A model generated the notes under the pieces. That model made no database searches, was not told the origin of the DNA, and saw only the letters and a program-made list of their open reading frames with translations. This document shows positions 54,173-63,641 of a stretch of DNA of 64,000 nt, piece by piece. How positions within the stretch are numbered: the first letter of the stretch is position 1; each line of letters starts with the position of its first letter. The DNA is from a virus: the IMG/VR virus record IMGVR_UViG_3300048589_001082, positions 1 through 64,000 of that record. One strand, 5' to 3'. The translations under genes and the position numbers were made by a program.

Positions 54173-54532
54173 TCACGAGGCGCGGATTTCCCGCGTCTCG
54201 AAAAAGCCCTCCAGCTCCGGGTACTCGCGCATGAGCAACCGGGCGTAGTGGGCGGTGAAGTCGTTGTTGATGCGGAAGTCGTCGCCGCGCGTCTGCACCT
54301 GGTACTGGTAGCGCAAGACCTCCACCAGCGCCTTGATGCCGTAGCGCGTCCGGCCTTGCCGCCGCAGGGCCAGGGCCATGTCCGCCAGCAGCCGGGCCAC
54401 GTGGGGGTTGGCCTCGTGGAACGCCTCGAAGCGTTCGGCAATGGTCATCTCGCGCCGGTAGTCCGGTTCGACCACGGCCGGGAACAGCGACAGTTGAGTA
54501 GCGGTTACTTGAGTCGCTTGCGCTTGCATCAC
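54173..54532 (-). CDS. Conserved phage protein, 119 aa
   Basis: F..FH..NP.V, E.LR, F.INN.....YAR motifs. Confidence 0.75.
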   Translation of the reverse strand: MMQAQATQVTATQLSLFPAVVEPDYRREMTIAERFEAFHEANPHVARLLADMALALRRQGRTRYGIKALVEVLRYQYQVQTRGDDFRINNDFTAHYARLLMREYPELEGFFETREIRAS

Positions 54533-55539
54533 TCCTCCTCATCCGGCCCGGCGGGCTGGAACAGATTGGAACTGTGGTCGCCAAAAAAAGAGGCGAACAA
54601 CGGCAACTCCGGTAGTGGCGGCGGGGGCGGCGGGGGCGTGCGCAGCGCCGTCTCGGCCGCCGGGTTGAGCCACAGCGACTCGACCGCGCTCCCATCACCG
54701 TTGACGCGCACCGTCTTGTCGTAGCGCGTCCAGCCGGTCAGCATCTCGTCGTACAGCCCGCAGCGGTAGCCGGAGAGGGCCACCATCGCGCTCAACCGGT
54801 TGAGCGTGTCCAGTAGCTTGGCGTGGTCGGCCTCGGTCATCTCGTGAACGTAGGCCGACCGCGCGTCCCGGACGCGCGTCTCAGGCATGTAGGGCGGATC
54901 GACGTAGAACAGTGTCCGCGGGTGGTCGTAGCGCCCCATGTGAACCAGGGCGTCTTCGTTCTCGATGGTCACGCCTTTGAGCCGCTCCGCCACCACCCAC
55001 AGGTGGGACGTGTCGGCAAAGGTCTTGGCCGCGGCCGTCATCGTCTTGCGGCCGTCGCGCCCGCGGCTGAAGACCTTCTGGCGACGGAAGCCGGGGTTGG
55101 TCGATGAGGAGGTCGGCCCGGCGATGGACATGTAGGCCCGCACGTAGAAGCGACGCGCCCGCTCGACCGGGTCGTCCGTCGGTTGGTAGGCCAGCTTCCA
55201 TTCGTCCCAGGCGAACGGGGTCAGGTCGATGACCCGGATGAGTTCGTCCGGGCACTCGCGCAGGATGCGGAAGAAGTGGGTCACCTCGCCCGCGCGGTCG
55301 TTGATGACCTCGATGAGCGAGCGTTCCGCCAGCAGCAGCACGTTGGCCATGCCGCAGTACGGCTCCGAGAGCGTGTCATGGTCGGCCGGCAGGTGACTGA
55401 TGATCCACGGCCCCAGTGTGTGCTTGGAGCCGTGGTAACGACTGGTCGGCCGCCACGTCGCGTCGGCCGCCACCCGCATGGCGTTGCGCACGTCGTCCGT
55501 GCCGACCGTCCGCCGTTGCCTCGCCTTCCTGACGGCCAC
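54529..55539 (-). CDS. D12-class DNA adenine methyltransferase
   Basis: RY.GSK, EPYCG, EVIND, IEN.DA, FYVDPPY, LSGY; GTG start with GAGGT RBS. Confidence 0.9.
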   Translation of the reverse strand: MAVRKARQRRTVGTDDVRNAMRVAADATWRPTSRYHGSKHTLGPWIISHLPADHDTLSEPYCGMANVLLLAERSLIEVINDRAGEVTHFFRILRECPDELIRVIDLTPFAWDEWKLAYQPTDDPVERARRFYVRAYMSIAGPTSSSTNPGFRRQKVFSRGRDGRKTMTAAAKTFADTSHLWVVAERLKGVTIENEDALVHMGRYDHPRTLFYVDPPYMPETRVRDARSAYVHEMTEADHAKLLDTLNRLSAMVALSGYRCGLYDEMLTGWTRYDKTVRVNGDGSAVESLWLNPAAETALRTPPPPPPPLPELPLFASFFGDHSSNLFQPAGPDEEE

Positions 55540-55540
55540 C

Positions 55541-55972
55541 CTACACCTCCCCATCCAGAACGTGGAAGGCCCGGATAGGCATTCCGGCGCTCGACCCGCC
55601 ACAGCCGTAGGCCCCCACCCGCACGCCGCCCACTTCGCGCTCGACGCGCAGCCGCACCGGCCCGGCGTCCAGCCACACGCCGCTGCCCGGCGGCACAAGG
55701 TAGCCGTCGCCGGTGCGGGTCAGCGTCTCGCCCGCCTCGGCCACCAGCCGCTCCCATAGCGCCTGCTGGGCCTGGCGGTCGCACCAGATAAGATCGACGG
55801 TCGCGAGCACGTCCACGTCCCGCGTCTCGACCCGGCCGGGCTTCTCCTGCACCAGCACCCGGCCCAGGGCGCGGCCGTCGTCGGCCACGTAGCGGTAGCA
55901 GTAGAACCCGACGCGGCCGTCGTCCAGGAGGATGATGGTGCGCGGGGTGACGTCGGCCAGTACCGTTCTCAC
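55541..55972 (-). CDS. Hypothetical protein, 143 aa
   Basis: GTGA overlap; GGAGG RBS. Confidence 0.6.
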   Translation of the reverse strand: MRTVLADVTPRTIILLDDGRVGFYCYRYVADDGRALGRVLVQEKPGRVETRDVDVLATVDLIWCDRQAQQALWERLVAEAGETLTRTGDGYLVPPGSGVWLDAGPVRLRVEREVGGVRVGAYGCGGSSAGMPIRAFHVLDGEV

Positions 55973-56388
55973 GACTCACCTCCGGCTACCTCGGCCGCCT
56001 GCAAGCGGGCCGCGTGGGCCATGACCAGGTTGAACGTGTCGCCCGGTAACATCTGCCGGGCGGCGTCCATGAAGTAGTTGCCGAACGTGCCGTACTTCTC
56101 GCGGCGTTCCTGGCTGCGGCGCTCCTTGCGGACGCGCTTGACCATCTCCAGTTGCCGCGCCTTGATCTTCTGCGCCGTCCGGGCGCGACGGAACCAGTCG
56201 GCCGAGGCGTACTCGCCCGTCTCCCAGCGCCGCGCCGTGGCCGCCGCCAACTGGTCGCGAATGGCCGTAATGTCCCCCTGAAGCAGCATCTCCAGCTCCT
56301 CCAGTTGGTCGGCCGTCATCTTGCGAATGTCGTAGCGCGTCTCTTCGCGCTCGACGATGTAGAGGTGGTTATGGGTGTGGTTGCTCAT
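55969..56388 (-). CDS. Hypothetical helical protein, 139 aa
   Basis: DW..RA..A...K and F.D.AR..L motifs common in phage proteins. Confidence 0.7.
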   Translation of the reverse strand: MSNHTHNHLYIVEREETRYDIRKMTADQLEELEMLLQGDITAIRDQLAAATARRWETGEYASADWFRRARTAQKIKARQLEMVKRVRKERRSQERREKYGTFGNYFMDAARQMLPGDTFNLVMAHAARLQAAEVAGGES

Positions 56389-56413
56389 CTTTCACCTAAA
56401 GGGCCAGAATGAG

Positions 56414-56533
56414 TCACGCCACGGCGCAGCCCAGCCCGGCCACCAGTAGCGCCGCGACCAGGGCCACGGCCGCCGTCAGGGGGCCGCTGCCGCGTCGCGG
56501 GGGAACGGGATAGGGGTAGTCGTACTCGCTCAC
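56414..56533 (-). CDS. Small membrane peptide, 39 aa
   Basis: GTGA overlap, GGAGG RBS; one TM. Confidence 0.45.
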   Translation of the reverse strand: MSEYDYPYPVPPRRGSGPLTAAVALVAALLVAGLGCAVA

Positions 56534-56757
56534 GCCGCCTCCCCCCACCCCAGCATCATCAGGGTGGCGTAGCTCATGCGCGGCGAGGGGATAACCCGCG
56601 CCCCGTCGATCTCCTCCGGCCACTCGCCGGGGCGCACCTGCACAAAGGTCGGCCGGCGGCCGTGTCGCGCGGCGACGGCGGCGATGGCCTTCCGCGCCTG
56701 ATCGACGGGCGAGAGGGCGAAGTCCGACTTGTCTACCTGCCACAGAACGCCGTTCAT
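56530..56757 (-). CDS. Hypothetical protein
   Basis: Start MNGVLW with ATGA overlap. Confidence 0.6.
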   Translation of the reverse strand: MNGVLWQVDKSDFALSPVDQARKAIAAVAARHGRRPTFVQVRPGEWPEEIDGARVIPSPRMSYATLMMLGWGEAA

Positions 56758-57209
56758 CGTCCTACCCCTCGCACCCAGCGGTCGTACATGACAATCGTCC
56801 CGGCCATGGCCACGTTGTAGCTTGCCGTCCGCGCGGCCGGGATGGCGACCTGCTCGACACACGCTTCACGCGCCGCGCGCGACAGACCGTTGTCCTCCGC
56901 GCCCAGGAGATACGCGCAGCGGGCCGGGTGGCGGTAGAGCGGCAGCGGCACGCCGCCCATCTCGACGGCCACCAGGCGGCAGTCGTAGAGGCCGGCGCGA
57001 AGGTCTTCAACCGACTCGTAGCGGAAGAGAGGGATGCGCTGCCACGTGTGGGTGGTGTCGGTGATGTTCCGCTTGTAGCGCGTCCCCACGGTGAAGATGA
57101 ACGCCGCGCCCAACTGGTAGGCGCTGCGCCACAGCGTCCCCAGGTTCTCCGGGGTCTTGCCGGCGACGATGCCGATGCCGAAGTAGTTGCGATCCGGGTC
57201 TGGACTCAT
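56754..57209 (-). CDS. SpoU/TrmH (SPOUT) RNA methyltransferase, single domain
   Basis: NLGTL.RSA...G, LG.E..GL, V.IP, S.NVA.AG.I.MYD; start MSPDPD with GGAGG RBS. Confidence 0.9.
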   Translation of the reverse strand: MSPDPDRNYFGIGIVAGKTPENLGTLWRSAYQLGAAFIFTVGTRYKRNITDTTHTWQRIPLFRYESVEDLRAGLYDCRLVAVEMGGVPLPLYRHPARCAYLLGAEDNGLSRAAREACVEQVAIPAARTASYNVAMAGTIVMYDRWVRGVGR

Positions 57210-57262
57210 TGTGCCTCCCGCCCCGCCGCTCTCGCGGCGGAGCGTCTCTCTACGGCCGCCGC

Positions 57263-57643
57263 TTACCTCGCCGCGGCCGTCTCGCCGGTGTCCGCGCCCT
57301 CCCTCAGCAGCCGCCCGTAGTCGTTCGGCTCCAGGAAGTACCACGCCGCCCGCGCCGAGGGCAGCACCCGCGACGCGCAACGCATGGCCGCTACCAGAAT
57401 GCGCGCCGCCTCCTGCCACGACAGAACCACGCGACGGCCGTCGGTGAAGACGGCGTCCGCGCCGCGCGGGGTCGTCTCTATGGCAAAGAGGGAGAATGAC
57501 ACCGGGTACACTCCGTCATCGCGCTCGACGCGCTCTATGGGCCGGATAACCAGTCCGGCCGCTCCGGGGGCCGCGGCCCCCTCCGGTACGGCTACAATCA
57601 TCGTTGACACTCGTTGACACAATCGCCGCCCGTCTGCCGTCAT
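57263..57643 (-). CDS. Hypothetical protein
   Basis: ORF track; start uncertain (57643 or 57601). Confidence 0.55.
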   Translation of the reverse strand: MTADGRRLCQRVSTMIVAVPEGAAAPGAAGLVIRPIERVERDDGVYPVSFSLFAIETTPRGADAVFTDGRRVVLSWQEAARILVAAMRCASRVLPSARAAWYFLEPNDYGRLLREGADTGETAAAR

Positions 57644-57690
57644 ATGGCCTGTTTATGGCCATTTGGTTGCGACTGGTTGCGATTTCCTGC

Positions 57691-57720
57691 ATTGTAGCAC
57701 AGGCCGCCCCCCTTTGTCTA
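57691..57720 (-). promoter_or_regulatory. Sigma70-type promoter
   Basis: TAGACA-18-TACAAT with extended TG; repeated operator at 57665-57684 just downstream. Confidence 0.6.
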
Positions 57721-57756
57721 GGGGGGCGGCCGAAACTCGCGTGAATTGGGGGTGAA

Positions 57757-60700
57757 CTACCCGAACAGCGCCAGTTGCCGCGCCGGGCCGGATGGGGGCG
57801 ACGGGCGGTGCGGCGCTTCCGGGGCCGGGGCGGGCGGGGACGGCGAGGGCGTCGGCGTCGGGCGGCGGCCGTCGGCGAAGCGCGGGCGGTCGCCCGACGC
57901 GCCCGCCGACAGCTTGTGGTAGATGGCCTGACCGACCGACATGGCCGCCAGGGCGGTGCTCTCGTTGTCCCCCACGCCGGCCGCCAGGAGCGCCGAGGTC
58001 ACGTCCAGCCCGTCGGCCTGCCGCGCGGCGGCGACCTTGTGCCCCAGCAGCGCGAACTGCGTTTCCTGGGTCGTCGCGCCGTAGTAGGGCACGTAGACCC
58101 GACACTCGGCCGTCTGGCCCGGCCGGTGGATGCGGCCGTTGGCCTGGGTGTAGGTGACGGAGGAGCAGTTGGGGTTCTGGAACCAGACGGCGGTTGAGAA
58201 GTAGACCAGGTTGTTCAGCCCCGTCTCGACCGCCTCCGGGTTGACGATGAGCACCCGCCGGCCGCGGCGGATGACCTCGCGGTTGATCCACTCCATGCGC
58301 TTGCCGGCCGCGACCTTGTCGGCCAGGAGCAGCGTCGCCGTGCCCGCGCCGAAGCGGGCCTCCACCAGCCGCAGGACGCGCGCGGCCAGACCGCTGCGGG
58401 TGTTGACCACGAAGACGATGCAGCGCCGCCCCTCGGCCAACTCGGCCGAGAGCGTCTCCAGAAGCCACGCCTCCTTGGCCGCCGTCTCCCCGGCCGGGCG
58501 CGGCTCGGCCGTCGCCACCAGCCCGCCGCCGATCGAGGCCGGGTAGCGAATCTCGTAACGCCGGCCGCCGCCCTCGGTGTCGGCGTTGCCGGTGTCGGCG
58601 TGGGCGCGGTCGAGGTAGGTCGGCATCTGGGCCATCTGTCCCCACAGCAACCCGGCGGCCGGCGACTGCGCCCGCAGGTCGTCCATGATCTGCGTCACCA
58701 GCCTCTCGCGCAGGCGGCCGTACTCGGCCCGCACCGGCCCGTCGGGCGCGACCGCCTCGCCAATCTCCACCAGCGGCGGCAGCTCCTCGACCATGTCCGA
58801 CTTCTGGAGGAGGATAGCCGAGGGCAGCATGTGGCGCAGGGTAAAGAGCGGCAGCACGCCCGGCGCTTGCCCGATCTTCCGCAGCTTGCGGGCCGCGCCG
58901 GAGTCAACCACCCGGTCGCTCATGGCCCCGTAGCGGTTGTACCAGTCGATCTCCTCTTCGTCGGGGTCAATGCGCACCTTGCGGTAGCCGTAGCGGTTGA
59001 CGAACGCCTCCATCTCGTCGCGGCCGAACTCGTCCCGGAAGCGGCGCGAGAGCGCCCACATGTTCATAAACAGCGACGAGGCGTAACCGTTGTTGGACGT
59101 GCCGGTCAAGACCAGCGTCGGCCGCCCCAGACCCGTCAGGCGATGGGCGGCCCGCTCCTGGGCCGATCCGTCGGTCGAGTACTCGTGGGCCTCGTCCAAC
59201 ACCAGCAGGTCGAACAGCCCCGGCGCATGGCGGCTAATGTAGGTCGCCAGCGGGTAGCGGCGCGGCGACGGCTCGGCCTGGTACAGCCGCTCGCCGCACG
59301 GCTCGCCCCGTTGCCACTCCCCCTCCCCTACCAGCGCCTCCAAGAGCGCCACGGCCGCCGCCGGGCTGCCCAGGGGAACGGCGGCGGCGTTGTAGCTGCC
59401 GGCCTTCACCGGGCGGCCGCCCGACCACTCGTAGGCCGACGTCTGCCAGGCGTTGTCACCGGCCGTCCACGTCCCGGCGCGCTGGGCGGCCAGCTTCTCC
59501 AGGTAGCGCAACACGCTCGCCCGGTTGGTCGGGTCAACCCGCTCGCCCCAGCGCGCCAGCGCCGCCGTCGCCCCTTCCGGGCCACAGCCGACCAGGAGGT
59601 GCAGCGCCGCGTCGCGCACCGGGCGGGCGGTATAGGCGTCGCTATCTCGACTGTCGGCGGCGTGCATCAGGCCATCGACCATGCCGATAACGGCCTTGTC
59701 CCGGCCGGGCCAGGCTGTCGCGTCCACGGCCCATAGCGCCAGGCCCAGGCGTTCGACGGCCGCTTTGGCCGCCGACCACTCCCCGGCCGCGCAGTGGGCC
59801 ATCGCCCCGGCGTAGACCCAGGCGGCGATCTCGCGGGCGGCCCGCGCCCGGCTGTTCCACACCGCCTGCCGGGCGTCGGCCACGTCGGCCGGGTCGGCCG
59901 CGGCGTAGCGGGCGGCCCACTTGCGGCGCTGGGCCGCGACCATCCGCCCCCGCGCCAGGTGGGGCAGGTCGGGGTTCTCCGGCGTGACCGGCGCGAGGGC
60001 CAGGGCCAGCCGCTCGGCCCAGCGGGCGGCGTCCGACGCGGGCCGCGTCTCGCGGTGGTCGCACACCAGCCGCCCGGCGGCGACCTCGGCCGCCGTGGCC
60101 GCAACCGTCGCGCCGCAGCGCGGGCAGCGACCGGCGGCGCGGCCGTCGCCCCAGGGGTGTCCCAGCTTGGCGTACTCGCGCGACAGCAGCAGCAGCGTCA
60201 GCCCGTCGCCCGGCTGCCCGGTCGGCGGCGCGTCGGGCAGCGCCAGGGCCGCGTCCACGTCGGTGACGCGCTCCAGGACGACCACCCGCGCCCCCGGCAG
60301 GCACTTGGCCGCCTCGGCCGCCCACGACGCCACCAGATGGGGCGGGCACACGACCAAGACCCGGCGCACCGGGCGGGCGCGGCCTCGGCCGCCCAGTTGG
60401 GCCACCGTCCGGGCGTAGTGGGCCGGGGAGAGGGCCGCGGCCACACCGAAGGCGATGAGCGTCTTGCCCGTGCCGACCTCGCCCAGCACGAAGGGGTGCT
60501 CCCCGGCGAAGGGGGCGTCTTCGGCCAGGATGACCTTCAGCGCCGCGGCGATGCCGTGGGCCTGATACGGAAAGGGCACGAGGCCCAGCGGCGGCAACTC
60601 CGGCAGCGCGTCGGGATCGGCCGGGTCGTGGAGCGGCGGGCACTGCCGCCGCATGAGGGCCGCCAGCGACAGCCCGTAGTGCTCCAGGAGGTCGGCGGCG

Positions 60701-61890
60701 TTGAACTCCGCCACCACGTCCGCCCCCGTCGCCGTGGCCCCGTCGGCCAGATCGTGGTACGTCCAGGTACGCATGTCGAGAATGGAGATGCTCAGGCGCG
60801 GCTGCTGCACCGCCACCTGCGAGGTGACGCGGCCTTCCTTGTCGGTCTTCTCCTCGATGACCCGGTACTCCTTGTTGAACACCCCCTTGACCATCAGGGG
60901 CGGCAGACCGCCGGCGGGGTCATCGGGCGGGATGCGGTGGCCGTTGACCAACCCCGCCGCGAGGGCCACGGCCACGTGGGCCGGGCGCGGCGGCATAACC
61001 ACCGGGAAGCGGTGGCTGATGAGATCGTCCAGGCCCGTCTCCAGCCCCAGGCCGCGCACCGGGGCCAGGCGGTCGGCCCGGCCTTCCATGAGCGGCCGGG
61101 CGGCCTCGTAGAGCGCCGTCACGTCCACCGGGTTGAGCCGCCAGCCGTCCAGCGCCCCAATGCCCGCGCCTTCGCCCAGGGCAACGCGGGGTGACGCGGC
61201 GTCGAGCGAGACCAGCGCGTCGGGATGGGCGGCCCAGTCGCGCACCCGCGCCTCGGCCGCCGGGTCGGGGAAGCGGCGCGGCGTGGCCCGGCGGCGGCCG
61301 ATGAGAACCACCTGCCGGAACGCCTCGTACTCCCCCGGCGGGAAGCGGAAGCAGTCCAGCGCTTCGTACTCGGCCGTCAGGTAGGCCGCCGACGCGGCCA
61401 GGGCGTAGTGGGGGACGATGTAGACCAGCCAGCCCGCGCCCGGCCGCAGGGCGGGCGTGAAGCGGGCCAGAAACCGGTGCTCCAGACGGCCGGTCTCGCG
61501 GTCGATGTCGTAGGGCGGGTTCAGGTACAGCACGTCCGCACCGGGCTTGTCCCACGACACCTGGAAGGCGTCGCCGTGGAGGGTGCGGGCGTCGGCCGTC
61601 CACACCTGCTCGACGCCGAGGACGCGGCGGCGCAGCGCGGCGGCCCGCTCCGCCTCCAGTTCCACGGTGTAGTACTGGGCGTTGTCGGCACCGGCGCGCG
61701 GCAGAAGCGTCTCGCCCAGCGTCGTCACCGCCTCGCCGTCTCCGGCGCAGGGGTCGAGAAAAGCGTAGGTGGTGTACCGGCCGCCGCGCGGGCGGTAGGG
61801 TAGCGGCGCGAACAGGGCCGCGATCTGCTCGACCACGGATACAGGGGTCTTGTAGTAGCCGCCGACGGCGACTGATTCCGGCCTAGCCAT
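57757..61890 (-). CDS. N6-adenine methyltransferase (DUF6094-like) fused to SNF2-type SF2 helicase, 1377 aa
   Basis: GYY.TP, DPCAGDG, LYLNPPYD; GEVGTGKT, CPPHL..W, DEAH, LTGT, ETGL.., QA.GR..R.GQ. Confidence 0.9.
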   Translation of the reverse strand: MARPESVAVGGYYKTPVSVVEQIAALFAPLPYRPRGGRYTTYAFLDPCAGDGEAVTTLGETLLPRAGADNAQYYTVELEAERAAALRRRVLGVEQVWTADARTLHGDAFQVSWDKPGADVLYLNPPYDIDRETGRLEHRFLARFTPALRPGAGWLVYIVPHYALAASAAYLTAEYEALDCFRFPPGEYEAFRQVVLIGRRRATPRRFPDPAAEARVRDWAAHPDALVSLDAASPRVALGEGAGIGALDGWRLNPVDVTALYEAARPLMEGRADRLAPVRGLGLETGLDDLISHRFPVVMPPRPAHVAVALAAGLVNGHRIPPDDPAGGLPPLMVKGVFNKEYRVIEEKTDKEGRVTSQVAVQQPRLSISILDMRTWTYHDLADGATATGADVVAEFNAADLLEHYGLSLAALMRRQCPPLHDPADPDALPELPPLGLVPFPYQAHGIAAALKVILAEDAPFAGEHPFVLGEVGTGKTLIAFGVAAALSPAHYARTVAQLGGRGRARPVRRVLVVCPPHLVASWAAEAAKCLPGARVVVLERVTDVDAALALPDAPPTGQPGDGLTLLLLSREYAKLGHPWGDGRAAGRCPRCGATVAATAAEVAAGRLVCDHRETRPASDAARWAERLALALAPVTPENPDLPHLARGRMVAAQRRKWAARYAAADPADVADARQAVWNSRARAAREIAAWVYAGAMAHCAAGEWSAAKAAVERLGLALWAVDATAWPGRDKAVIGMVDGLMHAADSRDSDAYTARPVRDAALHLLVGCGPEGATAALARWGERVDPTNRASVLRYLEKLAAQRAGTWTAGDNAWQTSAYEWSGGRPVKAGSYNAAAVPLGSPAAAVALLEALVGEGEWQRGEPCGERLYQAEPSPRRYPLATYISRHAPGLFDLLVLDEAHEYSTDGSAQERAAHRLTGLGRPTLVLTGTSNNGYASSLFMNMWALSRRFRDEFGRDEMEAFVNRYGYRKVRIDPDEEEIDWYNRYGAMSDRVVDSGAARKLRKIGQAPGVLPLFTLRHMLPSAILLQKSDMVEELPPLVEIGEAVAPDGPVRAEYGRLRERLVTQIMDDLRAQSPAAGLLWGQMAQMPTYLDRAHADTGNADTEGGGRRYEIRYPASIGGGLVATAEPRPAGETAAKEAWLLETLSAELAEGRRCIVFVVNTRSGLAARVLRLVEARFGAGTATLLLADKVAAGKRMEWINREVIRRGRRVLIVNPEAVETGLNNLVYFSTAVWFQNPNCSSVTYTQANGRIHRPGQTAECRVYVPYYGATTQETQFALLGHKVAAARQADGLDVTSALLAAGVGDNESTALAAMSVGQAIYHKLSAGASGDRPRFADGRRPTPTPSPSPPAPAPEAPHRPSPPSGPARQLALFG

Positions 61891-62779
61891 TGGTCACCTC
61901 GTGATACAGCCGGACTTCCCCGGCCAGAAAGGCATCGACCGCGGCCGACGTGGCCCGGAAGACGGCCGACGGGCGGAAGCCGAAGCGGGTCATGTTGAAC
62001 TCCTTCGTCCCCCGCGCCCACTCCTGCTCGCACCAGCGGCGCGCGCCGTAGTTGTCCTTGTGCGCCCGCGAGGCCAGCCCCAGGCCGAAGGCGCGGACGT
62101 AGGCTTGCAGGTAGAAGGCCGGGTCGTTGGGGATGGGGCGGCGCGTGCGCCGGTCGAGGAACTGGGCGAACCGCGCCGCCTCCGGCACCAGGTCGAGCAG
62201 CGCCTCATCGGTCAGCGGGTCGCCCTTGTAGCGGTGGCCGAAACCGGGACCATCATCCACGCCGGACGGCACGCCGTGCAGCCCGGCGCGGCGGGCGTGG
62301 TCGAGCAGCCGCCCGCACATCTCCCGGTCGGCCGCCAGCGCCGCCGCTTCGGCCGCGTGCCACCAGCCGGGCGTTGTCACCAGAAAGGACACCATCTCCG
62401 GGTCGATCATCCCCGGATCGACCAGGAAGAGTTCCTGCAAGAAAATCTGGGCCACCGTCCCGGCCTCGTGGCGCTGCAAGGCGGTGGTGTAGACGGCCGA
62501 CTTGAGCAGGGCCACGTAGGCTGTCTCCTGGTTGTAGCGCGACCGGTCGCCCTGGGTATCGACCGCCTTGCGCCCCAGACGAAGGTTCGCCAGAAACGGC
62601 CGCAGCGCCGCCTCGCTGCCGGCCACGGCCAGAAAGACGGGGCGGACGACCTTGCCGGTGTCGGTTCGGCCGCCGTCCCACAGCGGGTCGGCCCGCAGCG
62701 ACGCCAGATACACGGCCGAGAACGACCGGGTCTTGCCCGTCTTGGTCGCGGCCTCTTTGGTGATGGTCAGGGTGTGCAT
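61883..62779 (-). CDS. Hypothetical protein, partner of the MTase-helicase, 298 aa
   Basis: Overlaps the start of the fusion gene; VFLAVAGSEAALRPFLANLRLG motif. Confidence 0.75.
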   Translation of the reverse strand: MHTLTITKEAATKTGKTRSFSAVYLASLRADPLWDGGRTDTGKVVRPVFLAVAGSEAALRPFLANLRLGRKAVDTQGDRSRYNQETAYVALLKSAVYTTALQRHEAGTVAQIFLQELFLVDPGMIDPEMVSFLVTTPGWWHAAEAAALAADREMCGRLLDHARRAGLHGVPSGVDDGPGFGHRYKGDPLTDEALLDLVPEAARFAQFLDRRTRRPIPNDPAFYLQAYVRAFGLGLASRAHKDNYGARRWCEQEWARGTKEFNMTRFGFRPSAVFRATSAAVDAFLAGEVRLYHEVTNG

Positions 62780-63066
62780 GTTTCACTCCGTGCCGCGATG
62801 GGCGGCAGTAGATGGTTGAGCGTTCCCTCCGGCGGCGCGACCGCGCCGTCCGGCTCCAGCCGCGCCGTGCCGAAGGCGTAGAACCAGGCGCGGCCGTCGG
62901 CCTCGACCGCTACCCGGCGCGCCGTGCCGACCGCGGCCAGCGCGTCGGCGTGGCGCTCGAAGGGGCCGTATACGAGCGCCCAGCGGCGGCCGTCACGGAC
63001 GCTGACGTAGTAGTGACCGGGGCGCGGGTCGGGTTCGACCGCGGCCCCCTGGGTATCGGGTATCAT
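62767..63066 (-). CDS. Hypothetical protein
   Basis: Start MIPDTQ; YYVSV.D......GPF..H..AL...FYAFGT. Confidence 0.6.
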   Translation of the reverse strand: MIPDTQGAAVEPDPRPGHYYVSVRDGRRWALVYGPFERHADALAAVGTARRVAVEADGRAWFYAFGTARLEPDGAVAPPEGTLNHLLPPIAARSETCTP

Positions 63067-63136
63067 GGAATTCGCTCCACGGCGGAGCGGAACGGCCGTC
63101 CGTCCCGCTCCGCCACGAAAACCGGCAACACCCCCC

Positions 63137-63583
63137 TTAGAAGGGGATGTCTTCTTCGGTCGCCAGCGCCACCCGCTCCGGGCCGCCGGCGGGCAACAGG
63201 CCGTCGCGCCACAGGGCAAGGATGGTCTCGACCGCCCGGCGTTCGTCGTCGGCCAGCCGTAGGGCCGTCTTGGCCCGCGTCAGCTCCACCTCGGCCGCCA
63301 GCAGCGCCGCTCGCTGCTCGGCCACCGTCTCGCGCTGGGCGGCCGTGGCGGCGTGGGCGGCGGCCTTGCGCTGCGTCTCGTTCGTGCCCGGCGCGTCGGC
63401 CTGGGCCAGAAGCAGGGCCGCGGCCAACCGGCCCTCGGCCGTCTCCAGATTGAACCGCGCCGACAGCGCGGCCACCTCGGCCGTCAGTAACGCCGCGCGG
63501 GCGGCCGACAGCCGGCCGTGGCACTCGTTCAGCCGGGCCACCGTCTGGGAAAGGGTCAGCGTTGTCAGGTGTGGTTGCGACAT
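63137..63583 (-). CDS. Coiled-coil hypothetical protein, 148 aa
   Basis: GGAGGT RBS; G.NE..RKA; acidic DIPF C-terminus like SSB tails. Confidence 0.7.
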   Translation of the reverse strand: MSQPHLTTLTLSQTVARLNECHGRLSAARAALLTAEVAALSARFNLETAEGRLAAALLLAQADAPGTNETQRKAAAHAATAAQRETVAEQRAALLAAEVELTRAKTALRLADDERRAVETILALWRDGLLPAGGPERVALATEEDIPF

Positions 63584-63641
63584 GGAATACCTCCGTATTG
63601 TACCATCTTGGGACGAATTTCAACCAGTAAAGGCAAACAAC

